Below are positions 27,101 through 39,100 of a stretch of DNA of 64,000 nt, piece after piece. Below the pieces are notes generated by a model. The model made no database searches and was not told where the DNA came from. It worked only from the letters and a program-made list of their open reading frames with translations. The position numbers were made by a program, and so were the translations under genes. Source of the DNA: Mytilus californianus (Eukaryota); assembly GCF_021869535.1 (NCBI RefSeq), contig NW_026262581.1:75764001-75828000 (forward strand), read 5' to 3'. The stretch's first letter is position 1. Every line of letters starts with the position of its first letter.

Positions 27101-30100
27101 GATTTTCTATGGACAGATATACACCAGTCTGCCTCTAATGACATTGTATTAACCGATATAACCTCTATTGACAGATATACACCAGTCTGCCTCTAATGAC
27201 ATTGTATTAACCGATATAACCTCTATTGACAGATATACACCAGTCTGCCTCTAATGACATTGTATTAACCGATAAAACCTCTATTGACAGATATACACCA
27301 GTCTGCCTCTAATGACATTGTATTAACAGATATAACATCTATTGACAAATATACACCAGTGTGCCTCTAATGACATTGTATTAACCGATATAACCTCAAT
27401 TAACAGATATATATAGATTCCACCACTGCAACAAGTGTGTTACTATATTTCTCCACTCGAGACAGTTAAATTTTAATATTTAAAGCGCGAGGCTTGCCGA
27501 GCTTTTTAAATAATAAATATTTAACTGTTGCGAGTGGAGAAATATCGTAATACACGAGTTATAGTTGGGGAATCTGTTTTTCTAATGATTTTTATCCTTC
27601 CTTTTCAAAGATTTGCAGAAAGTTGTGTTCTTTATATGTGACGTCATCAGGCATGGTTGCCTTTTTTCATGACGTCACAATAGGAAAATTTAGAAGAAAC
27701 CAAGAAAATTTGACGTCATAATCAAATTTTGACCAATCATTTGCCGAGAACAGATATTTCACTAGTGAGGAGAATATTTTTCACACACCGATCAAGAAAT
27801 GTGAAAATAGCACAAAAATTAGAGAAACACCAGTCTGCCTCTATTGACATTGTATTAACCGATATAAATTCTGTTGACAGATATACACCAGTCTGCCTCT
27901 AATGACATTGTATTAACAGATATAACCTCTATTGACAGATATACACCAGTCTGCTTCTAATGACATTGTATTAACCAATATTACAGACCAAGTATGGGCA
28001 AAAGATGATATGATATGGAGGTACAATATTTCTCTTCTTTATTGTAATAATAACTTAGTTAAAGTCCATCTTTAAGCAATGATCTAACTATCTATCATTA
28101 TAATTCATCAGTAGGGATATACTGGAATTGCTTGGTGAGTCTGTCTTTACAATTCTTATTTTATGTGGTGCCTTAAGTTTGTAATGCTTGTCATCACCCC
28201 TGGTTTTTGGTGGGTTCGAGTTAGCTAAAGCTTGAGATTTCTATGTGTTTTATATACTTTTGTTGTCTCACCTTGACGGAGTCGAAAAGCAAGTCATAGG
28301 TATGCTGTTTCCAGCATCGCAGTCGGCGGCAGCGGATGCATCAACAATGTATTAGTTTGTGATAAGGTCTAGTTTATAGTGAACCACTAGTGGTAGGTCA
28401 ATGATATTTGGTATGCAGTTGTATTAGCATTGGCACATCTCATTACCATGGAGATTATTTGGCCTCACCCCCTCAGTCATGGTCTATTGACTGAAACTTT
28501 TACTTAGTTTACATGTATTAGTTTGTGATTAGGTCAGTTTCAGGGGAACCAATAGTGGTAGCTCAATGATATTTGGCATGCAGTTGTATTAGCATTGGCA
28601 TATTTCCATAGAAATTATTTGGCCCTGCCCCCTCATTCATGGTTCATTGACTTTGAAATTTTTTATAATTTACATGTTAAAGTATTGCTATCTTAATTTC
28701 AACACTTGCATTTTACTATCAAAATAACAAAAAAGGCCAGACATATCTCTGTGTTAACATATATGTCCTTTGGTTTGTTTTTCATTTTTTGCAGTGGCGT
28801 GGTTAGTTTGTTATCGACTTATTATCCCGATGGTATCTTCCGCCTGTCTTGTCAAGAACTAAGTCATACTTTACCAAACAGTTATCCACAATTTGAAGAT
28901 AGAAGTTGACTCAATCAAATTTCTTGAAGAATAACAACACAGATAATACTTGTATTGAAATGCTGTTTTGAAAACATCTTTTATTTCTAGCATCATGCAG
29001 TCAAGGTCATTTTTCACAATTATTCAAGGCATTGTCATGACCTTGACCTAAGATCATATGTGGCAAAGTTACTTCTGATGTAATGGCAAATGTTGTTCAG
29101 TTCATAACTTTGTGCTGTTGGCTTAGATCTCATTAATATTTCACAGATGTTAGCTATAATTGACACATATATATTATGACCCAAGCATGTTTTCTAATTT
29201 TGAATAAAATCACATAAAGAAGTCAAGGGGTTACTCAAATATTTATGTCCATACCACAGTAGTGTAAGTTGCCTTCTTAAATCTAAGCAATACTGTAAAA
29301 TGTGGGCTATAATTAATTAATGGTAATAAGGGCATGTTTTAGTCATGATTTTGGCCTCTATGTAATATCCTGAAGTCCAAAGTGACTAATGTGAACCGTT
29401 ATTAATTACTGATGTTTTAGTCATGATTTTGGCCCCTTTGTCATATCTTTAAGTCCAAAGTAACTGATTCCTATATTGAAATAACACTTCTCCTTTGTAT
29501 TACAAAGCAAATAGGAAATTAATATTTGCACACAGGTCTCATCTGCCAAGAAATATGAATACGAATACGAAATATTGAAAGCTTTATTTAGATTTGGTAT
29601 AGTTACAAACTACAAAACATGACCTGTACATAGCTTTTAACCAAAGACATACAAACATATATAACAATATAAAAAGCATAATCATGCAAGCAAACTAAAA
29701 ATAGGGAAGCACATATAAAAGTAAGAACAGCACAAGCATGGCAAAGCAAATTATATATGCTAGCATAACTGTAAATGAGCAAAGTAATGTAAAATAAGCA
29801 CAGTGAAAAAAAAAAGAAAGCTAATCTACTTGCAGAACAGGAACATTCCCAGCCATTCCAGGACTGTACAAGCCATCCTGAAATGGTTCAGAAGACTGTT
29901 CCACAATGTGGCAGCAGCAAATTTAATTTTTTTCTTACTGTAAGTGGAAGTTTCAACATGTGAATGATTTTTAACTGTGTCTAAGCCACATAAAAATAAA
30001 ATAAACAATGTTGAGAATGACTATCTAACACTGCCTTTGTTTATGTGTGTATTATTTTGTTATAGATATTTAGGAACAGAAAACGGATTTTTCAAGATTT

Positions 30101-33100
30101 TTCCAGGAACAATGCTGTCTGATATCCATTACGATCCAAGGGATGATATTTGGTATAGAAAAGCTGCCGAAAATCCTAACAAGTATGTCTTCATTGACAT
30201 GGGAACGCCACAACAAAATACTTCCTTATATGTAACCATGGCAAAGGTGTTTTATCAGACAAGGTACTATACTTCAGCGGAATCAGACAATTATTTATTT
30301 TCATATGTACCCACAATTTGCTCAAATTAAAATAATTGCTTTTTGTGATTTTCTGGAAATCTATTTCTTACACAAAATTTTGGACAGGTGTGTAAAGTTA
30401 AATTACTTTTTTCTGTTGAGAACTAGCGGCCTTAGATTTGAATTATAAAAATTGTGCATTTATCTATCAAATATTCAATAATTGACATATATTTCTGACT
30501 AGTTCAAATGCAATTTGAAGATCACATAAGGATGGATGATGTAAGATTACTTTGCACTTTGATAATATCTATTTTCAAGGATCTGCCATCAACGCCATTT
30601 TTTAAAATGAAAATTAAGACAAGTGGTGACAGGCACATGGATATGTGGTGGGGTTACTTTTAAACAAATTCATCCTAAAAATATCTTATTTTATGTTTCA
30701 AGCAATGGTTCAGTGAGTGGAGTTGTAGCAGCAGATATGAGCAGACGTCAATTTTCTACAATCCTCACAAACATAATGACTTCCTGTTTACACTGTTATA
30801 TTGTGGATGACGCTGGGTAAAATCAATTATGAAGTTATATTACAAAATTGATAAAATGTTGCAGTCTATAAAATTTATTGTAAAGAATTGACCTTAAAAT
30901 ATCCTGACTATAATTTAAAGGACAATCTAATTTTTTTTTCTTTAACTACATCTTTATATTTAGCATACTATTTTTTGAAACGTCATAAAGCAACTATTTT
31001 CTTCAGATATGTAATTGGACAAGCCATTGCAAGTAAGGATTTAAAAAGGTCTCATATAACACAAGTAGCAGGTCCAGTCAGCTTTCTCTTGATGAAACAA
31101 GGATTTCTGAAGGTAACAACTGTTGAAAACTGTTCTGTTCATACAAATCACAGTAAATTAAGACTTGTCAACTGAACAAGTACTTTGAGCTTGCTTTGAA
31201 TAATTGCAAACAGTCGATGAATACTTTTAACTATATATCTCAACAATTCTTTGCATCTTTTGATAAGGTCTGATTTAGTTCTGTTTCTCATATTGACAAG
31301 CTGTTGTCAACTTTAATAATGATATTTCTCAAGTATATTTTTGCTCACTTGGCCGGTAATACCAGTGAGAACCATTGCCATCATTTCACATCCTTTGATT
31401 TGTCATCCATTATCTGGCAAAAAGTATTAACCTTGGTTGCTGACAACAATAAGTAAATTAAAGTGAACCTAAGAAATATTAAAATAGATTAGTTGAATAA
31501 TAGCTAAACTTTTACCATTATGGAAATAGGCAAGAGTGATCTGTTTATAAAAATTTTAAATAGTTTCATAGGCAACTTAGTTCATGGGAAACATATACTG
31601 ATTAAAGTCAGAACAATCAATTATATACATGTGTTTTATTTTTCAGCCAGAGGTATGTATGGATGCAACTTCTGGAGTGAAAAGGCTTGCCTACAGATTA
31701 GATCTAGGTCGAAAGTGGTCCTTGATTAGAAAAGCTGGTTGTCATGACTACACTCTAATGACTATAAATAATACAAATTTGTACCTTCTGAGATACCAAG
31801 CAGATAAATGTTTTTCTTTGGATGTAGGGGTAAGTTTTTAAAACAATCATCAACTTAATTGTGGGGCCTCGGTGGCCGAGTGGTCTAAGTAGTTACTACT
31901 GTAATCACTAGCCAGTCAACGCTGAGGTTGTGAGTTCGAACCGCGCTCTTGCGGGTGCACTCGACTCCAATCTGAAATGACTAGGATTGTCAGTTTTCCT
32001 ATCGAAGGTCGGTGGTTTTCTCCGGGCACTCCGGCTTCCTCCACCAATAAAAACTGGCCGCCACGAAATAGCCCAAAAGCGGTGCTTAAAAGTGGCGTTA
32101 AAACACCAAAAATCAAATCAACCTAATTGTTTTAATTGGAGTGCCATTGATGAGTCTTATGTCTGGCATACAAAATTATGAGCCTGGTATCAAAATTGTG
32201 GATTTATGGTTAAGTCTGATAGATATGTCAAATATGTGCACTTAGTTTAAAACTAACAACATCAAACTATGGACTACCATTAACTTTAAAAAATCAATAT
32301 TAGATTTGATTTTTTTTAAATTGCAAAATATAATATGTATGGGGTTTGGCAATTAGATGTGGGAAATAAAAGGCGAACACAGTACCCTCTGTTAACTCTT
32401 CTTTAAATAACTAATATAAAAATAAGGAGGATTTATATCTTATTTTTAAAAACTTTTTTTTTTCAGACTTGCAATTGTCAAGAAAAGTGTTTGCGGTGTA
32501 ATAATCAAATGGATTCAATGTGCCAGGTTTGTGTTATAGCATACATTTATTTTTTTTAAGTCTGTAATAAACAGAAATTTTAAGTTTGTATTCAGTCATA
32601 CACAAGGTTACAAAATATGTTTGTTAAGTCAAAGTTATGACATCATAAATTAAAAGTTGTAATGAAACAATATGAATTTGTGTTAATTAAATTAATTTTA
32701 TAAGTTTTCTATAGAGATAGTAATGTTATTCTTAGTTTGTGAATTTTCAGGTACATAGTCAATTCCATGTGAAATAATTTCTTTATCAAAATTATTTGCA
32801 TATAAAAGTCTCAAGTTTGGATATGATCTGTAAATATATTAGCATGCTTTATGTGTATCTTCACGGTTTCAGTGTCCTTGTACTTGTGTTAACAGAACTA
32901 CAGATAACTGTAATAGTAGTTTTACTATGACTCAAGGCTATGCTCCATGTAGAGGTAAATATTCTGAGTAAAGTTTGACTCGATAGTTCTCAAGTGATAG
33001 AAAATTAGCCAAAGTCAATAAATGGATCAATGATTTAAGAAAATTAAGGGTTTTGTTAATAGTAAAAAACTAAAAACTTCAGCAACAGTGGTATATTATT

Positions 33101-36100
33101 TTTAACTTGAGTAGAAATATATTCTATTAAATCTTCTGCACATGAACGAAACACACTTTGTTTTGTTTTACAGAAAGACTGAGACATTGGAAGACAGTTA
33201 AGGCTATCAATCTTCATCAGTCAAACATAACAGAATGTCAACCACAGTGTCCCTCATTGTAAGTGTTAAAATCTTTCATAATCAAAATGTCAGTCACAAT
33301 GGCCCTCATTGTAAGTGTTAATATCTCTGAGTTCTAAAGTCAGCCACATTGTCCCTCACTGCACGTGTTAACATCTCAGATTTCTAATGTCAGTCACAAT
33401 GTTACTCATTGTAAGTGTTAAATTCTCAGAATCGGAATGTCATCCACAATGTTACTCACTGTAAGTGTTAAATTCTCAGAGTCAGAATGTCAGCCACAAT
33501 GTTATTCACTGTAAGTGTTAAATTCTCATAGTCAGAATGTCAGCCACAATGTTGCTCACTGTAAATGTTAACGTCTCAGAGTCAGAATGTCAGCCACAAT
33601 GTTACTCACTATAAATGTTAACATATCAGAGTCAGAATGTCAGACACAATGATACTCATAGTAAGTGTTAAATTCTCAGAGTCAGAATGTCATCCACAAT
33701 GTTACTCACTGTAAGTGTTAACATCTCGAGTCAGAATGTCAGTAACAAAGTTACTCGATATAAATGTTAACATCTCAAGAGTCATGACCTCAGAGTCAGA
33801 ATGTCATCCACAGTGTTACTCATTGTAAGTGTTAACATGTCAGAGTTAGAATGTCAGTAACAATGTTACTCGATATAAATGTTAACATCTCAGAGTCAGA
33901 ATGTCAGCCACAATGATACTCACTGTAAGTGTTAAATTCTCAGAGTCAGAATGTCAGCCACAATGTTAACTCACTGTGAGTGTTAACATCTCAGAGTCAG
34001 AATGTCAGCCACAATGTTACTGTTAATGTTAACATCTCATAGTCAGAATGTCATCCACAAAGTTAATCATTGTAAGTGTTAACATCTCATAGTCAGAATA
34101 TCATCCACAGTGTAACTCATTCTAAGTTTTTATACGACCGCAAAAAAAATTTTGGGATCGTATATTGGTATGACGTTGGCGTTGTCATCGGCGGCGGCGT
34201 TGGTGTCGTTGGTGTCTGAAGACACATTGGTTTTCGCACTATAACTTTAGTTTAAGTGAATGGATCTCTATGAAATTTTACCATAAAGTTAAATACCACA
34301 AAAGGAAGGTTGGGATTGATTTTGGGGGTTATGGTACCAACAGTTAAGGAATTAGGGGCGCCAAAAAGGGGCCAAAAATAAGCATTTTCTAGTTTCCAGA
34401 CAATAACTTGTGGAACGGTGTATGGATCTCTCTGAAATTATACCACAAGTTTCCATACCACAAAGGGATGGTTAGGATTTGCTTTGGGGGGTTATGGCTC
34501 AAACCGTTTAGGAATTAGGGGCAAAAAAGGGGGAAAAACAAGGTTGTCCTGGTTAATGGACAAATACTTTAGTACAAAACATAATTTAAAGCAGTGTAAG
34601 GGAGATAAATCAAATACATCATTTGAATTACCTCCCTTACACTGCTTTTAAATTATGTATAAAGTAATGGTTAATGAACAATTAAGACAATTTAAAAGCA
34701 GTGTAAGGGAGGTTATTCAAATACAACGTTTTGATTACTTCACTTACACTGCTTTTAAATTATGTTTAAAGAAATGCATATTTATAAAGGAAGACCAGTA
34801 AAAATATCTTCAAATGTTGCATCTTTTTTTTTTACAAAAAAATCCATATGAAAGATTTGACACCATATTTTAAATTCTATTATAAAATAGATTAAGTTAG
34901 CACTATGGTAAATTTAAATGGGTAAATATGGTTGCAAACTCCATTGGAAATTTGAATTGAGATTATGACCATATCTTGAGGGAAAGAATTTTTTTGGGGA
35001 AAAAGGGGGGGGGGGGGGGGTTTAAAAGAAATTGTGGGGGGTCAATTTTTTCTCATTTCAGATTTCAGAAATTAAAAAGAATTATTCTTCAAATATTATT
35101 TTTTTTTCAAATTTCAAATATTGAAAAATTTCAAGAAGTAATCTTTAATTGCACAGTATGGCGCATTAGATTTGTAAAATCTTTGACCACATTTATTTCT
35201 TTGTTATGCCGAATCTAACCATGTATTTAGATTTTTAATTTTGGGTCCAGTTTTCAAATTGGTCTACATTAAGGTCCAAAGGGTCCAAAATTAAACTTAG
35301 TTTGATTTTAACAAAAATTGAATTCTTGGGGTTCTTTGATATGCTGAATCTAAACATGTATTTAGATTTTTGATTTTGGGCCCAGTTTTCAAGTTGGTCC
35401 AAATTAAACTTTGTTTGATTTCAACAAAAAATGAATAAATGGGGTTCTTTGATATGCTGAATCTAACCATGTATTTAGATTCTTTATTTGTGGGCCCCGC
35501 TATCAAATTGGTTCATATTGAGGTCAAAAGGGTCCAAAATTAAACTTTGTTTGATTTCATCATAAATTGAATTCTTGGGGTTCTTTGATATGCCAAATCT
35601 AACCGTGTATTTAGATTTTTAATTTTGAGTCCCGTTTTTTAAATTGGTATACATTAAATTAAACTTAGTTTGATTTTAACAAAAATTGAATTCTTGGGGT
35701 TCTTTGATATGCTGAATCTAAACATATGTTTAGATTTTTGATTAGAGGGCCAGTTTTCAAGTTGGTCCAAGTTGGGTTCCAAAATTAAACTTTGTTTGAT
35801 TTCAACAAAAATTGAATATATGGGGTTCTTTGATATGCTGAATCTAACCATGTATTTTGATTTTTGGGCCCCATTATCAAATTGGTCCACATTGAGGTCA
35901 AAAGGGTCCAAAATTAAACTTTGTTTGATTTCATCAAAAATTGAATTCTTTGGATTCTTTGATATGCTGAATCTAACCATGTATTTAGATTTTGGATATT
36001 GGACCATAATAGGTTAATTAAAAAATTTTAAGTTCTTAGACCACATTCATTCTGTGTCAGAAACCTATGCTGTGTCAAATATTTAATCACAATCCAAATT

Positions 36101-39100
36101 CAGAGCTGTATCAAGCTTGAATGTTGTGTCCATACTTGCCCCAACTGTTCAGGGTACGACCTCTGCGGTCGTATCAAGCTGCGCCCAGCAGAGCATTTTA
36201 TTTAACAGCTCAAAATATCAGTCAGAGTGTTCCCCATTATAAGTGTTAACATAGTTAGAATATCAGTCACAATGTTACTCATTGAAAGTGTTAAAATCTC
36301 AGTCAAAATGTCATCCACAATGTTACTCATTGTAAGTGTTAAAATCTCATAGTCAGAATGTCATCCACAATGTTACTCATCTTAAGTGTTAATATCTCAT
36401 AGTCAGAATGTCATCCATAATGTTACTCACTGTAAGTGTTAACATCTCATAGTCTGAATGTCATCCACAATGTTACTCATTGTAAGTGTTAACATCTCAT
36501 AGTCAGAATGTCAGTCACAGTGTCCCTCATTGTAAGTGTTAACATCTCATATTCAGAATGTCAGAGACAGTGTCTCTCTTTGAATATTAGCTACAGTGTA
36601 AGTGTTAACATCTTAGAGTCAGAATCGTTAACATTTCAGAATGTCAGTGAAGTTGTCTGTCTTTGTTAGCCTTGATATTGGAGAATGTAAGCCACAATGT
36701 CCCTCAAGTTAAATCAAAATCATAATGTGTTCATTTGAATTTTATTGCTTAATTCAGTTTATAGGTTATCTATGATGCAGATATTTATACTACACTCCAC
36801 ACCATAGGAGTAGATATAAGTCAGGTGCATGAAAGCCAAATGAAGCAAGGAATGTATGATGCTGAATTGTAAGTTGATAAAAGCAAATGTATGAATTGAT
36901 CTATATATTTTTTTTTTCACCTTTCAGACTAAGACCAAGTTGATTTGTTAAATGATGTAGTAATATGAGATACATACTCTCTATATTGTAGAAAAACAGA
37001 GAAAGATTGCTTACTTATGTCAGGCTGTACTTGGTGTACAACAGGATTCTATAACCACATCCCTATATGTACTAGGATATGCCCTATAGATAGGTATGAA
37101 CCCTGTTTACATAACCACATCCCTATATGTACTAGGATATGTCCTATAGATAGGCAAGAACCCTGTTTACATAACCACATCCCTATATGTACTAGGATAT
37201 GCCCTAAAGATAGGTATGAACCCTGTTTACATAACCACATCCCTATATGTACTAGGATATGCCCTATAGATAGGTATGAACCCTGTTTACATAAGCACAT
37301 CCCTATATGTACTAGGATATGCCCTATAGATAGGTAAGAACCCTGTATACATAACCACATCCCTATATGTACTAGGATATGTCCTATAGATAGGTATGAA
37401 CCCTGTTTACATAACCACATCCCTATATGTACTAGGATATGTCCTAAAGATAGGTATGAACCCTGTTTACATAAGCACATGTACTTTAACCTGCCTTCAA
37501 GATAGGTAAGAACTCTGTCTACATAACCACATCCCTATATGTATTGGAACCTGTCCTCAATATAGGTAAGAACTTTGTTTACATAAACACATCTCTAATA
37601 TATTACATATACTGTCCAAGAGGTAAGTAATGTAACATAACTGTCTTCAAATTGAAAATATATGAGAATTCTGTTTCTATCAACATGTCCCTGTTTGTTA
37701 ACAAAACAGTCCTTCAGATAGATAAGCATCCTGTTTATATGATGTAAGAGATACAGAATTACAAATGTAATTAACTTAAAAGGTATATTCTTAAAAAATA
37801 ATGTCCATGTTTAGGAGAATTTGTTTTAAATCAATCTTCATGGGAGCGATGGCAATTGACCATCATATTCATAACTTGGTACAGGCAATTTCAAATAAAA
37901 ATGATGGATTGAAAAAGGTTTTTTCTCAGTGCTAAACCTCTGACTTGTGCTACAGTGTTCAGTTTATCTTGTAGTCAAACTCTCCAACAATATGCCCAAC
38001 CTATTTTGATTAGTTGTCAGTACAGGTACAAGACAATATACAACATTCTAGTCTGACTAATCAGGCATTTGTAAAAATCATTTGAAATTTCAAAGTTTTT
38101 TTTACAAATGATAGCTTAGATATTATTTGTAATATTCAAAAGATCCCAAAGTAAATTTAATTAAGTCATATGACACAAATAGATCCTTGAATTTTTTAAA
38201 GGGGTTAATTTTTACACAATTATAAATAAAATTTCCTGAAGAAAAGAGTGCAAACACCTTTGATCTGCAATTTTATGAGATGACAACTCATATTATATAA
38301 TGTTATTTTACAGAATGGAGATTAACATGAAAACACCTTGCCATGATTTAACAGAACACAGTCATCAATCTTTACCATTGGAAGTACAGAAGTTATTACA
38401 ATCTACTGTCAATGATTCCAATTTTGACATCAGTCTTCCCATGATAATACAACAGGTTAGATTCAGATAAGTTTGTCTGTGATAATACTACAGGTTAACA
38501 TGGTTAAGTTGAACAAAACGATATCCTTGAAAAATGCCCTTTTGAGCAGTTCTTATGGAGTATCTGTGCATGAGGTAATCATATATATTGGGTAAAACAA
38601 TCAATTGAAGCTCTCCACATTTTAGTTAATAAGTTGTGAGTGTAGAAAACACCATGTCAAGGGTGAAGACAATGCATGATTCCTGGCTTTAGATAGCTTC
38701 AGGGAAATACAAGATATCAAAATAAATGAAAAGTGTACATATTTTACTTACAGAACACTCCAATATTTAACAAAACCATATCTTAACCAAAAAATGAATT
38801 GCTAGGATTTTAATGTAACATTTGCCTTAATGTCCTGTTTTAAAACTACCACCAGTCCATTCCACATTTAGAAAAACCAATGTTTTATATTATTTTTAAA
38901 TACTGGTAAATATGTACCAAGTGTTAGATTAGTTTTATTGATATTAAAGAAATTTCTTGGTATTCCTAAACGGAAGATTTTATACACACAGAAGAAGAAG
39001 TATACTTAACAAAATTATTTTCATTTACCTGTGTATAATATGACGCAGGTTTCTTCAAAAGTGATGATTTTCTAAAAATTGTTTGACATTTCACAGTGAT

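Noticed and set aside
26108-27990. Regularly spaced repeats superficially like CRISPR arrays
   Set aside because: Units are contiguous with no unique spacers, the context is eukaryotic intron, and there are no cas genes.
31863-31945. tRNA gene
   Set aside because: A and B boxes are present, but the sequence continues into a SINE core and tail and does not form a full cloverleaf.
35297-36017. Several 70-117 aa ORFs with repeated MVRFSISKNP
   Set aside because: Translations of the internal HINE satellite.
37049-37480. 143 aa minus-strand ORF with 20-aa repeats
   Set aside because: Antisense read-through of the 60 bp tandem array; no independent gene structure.
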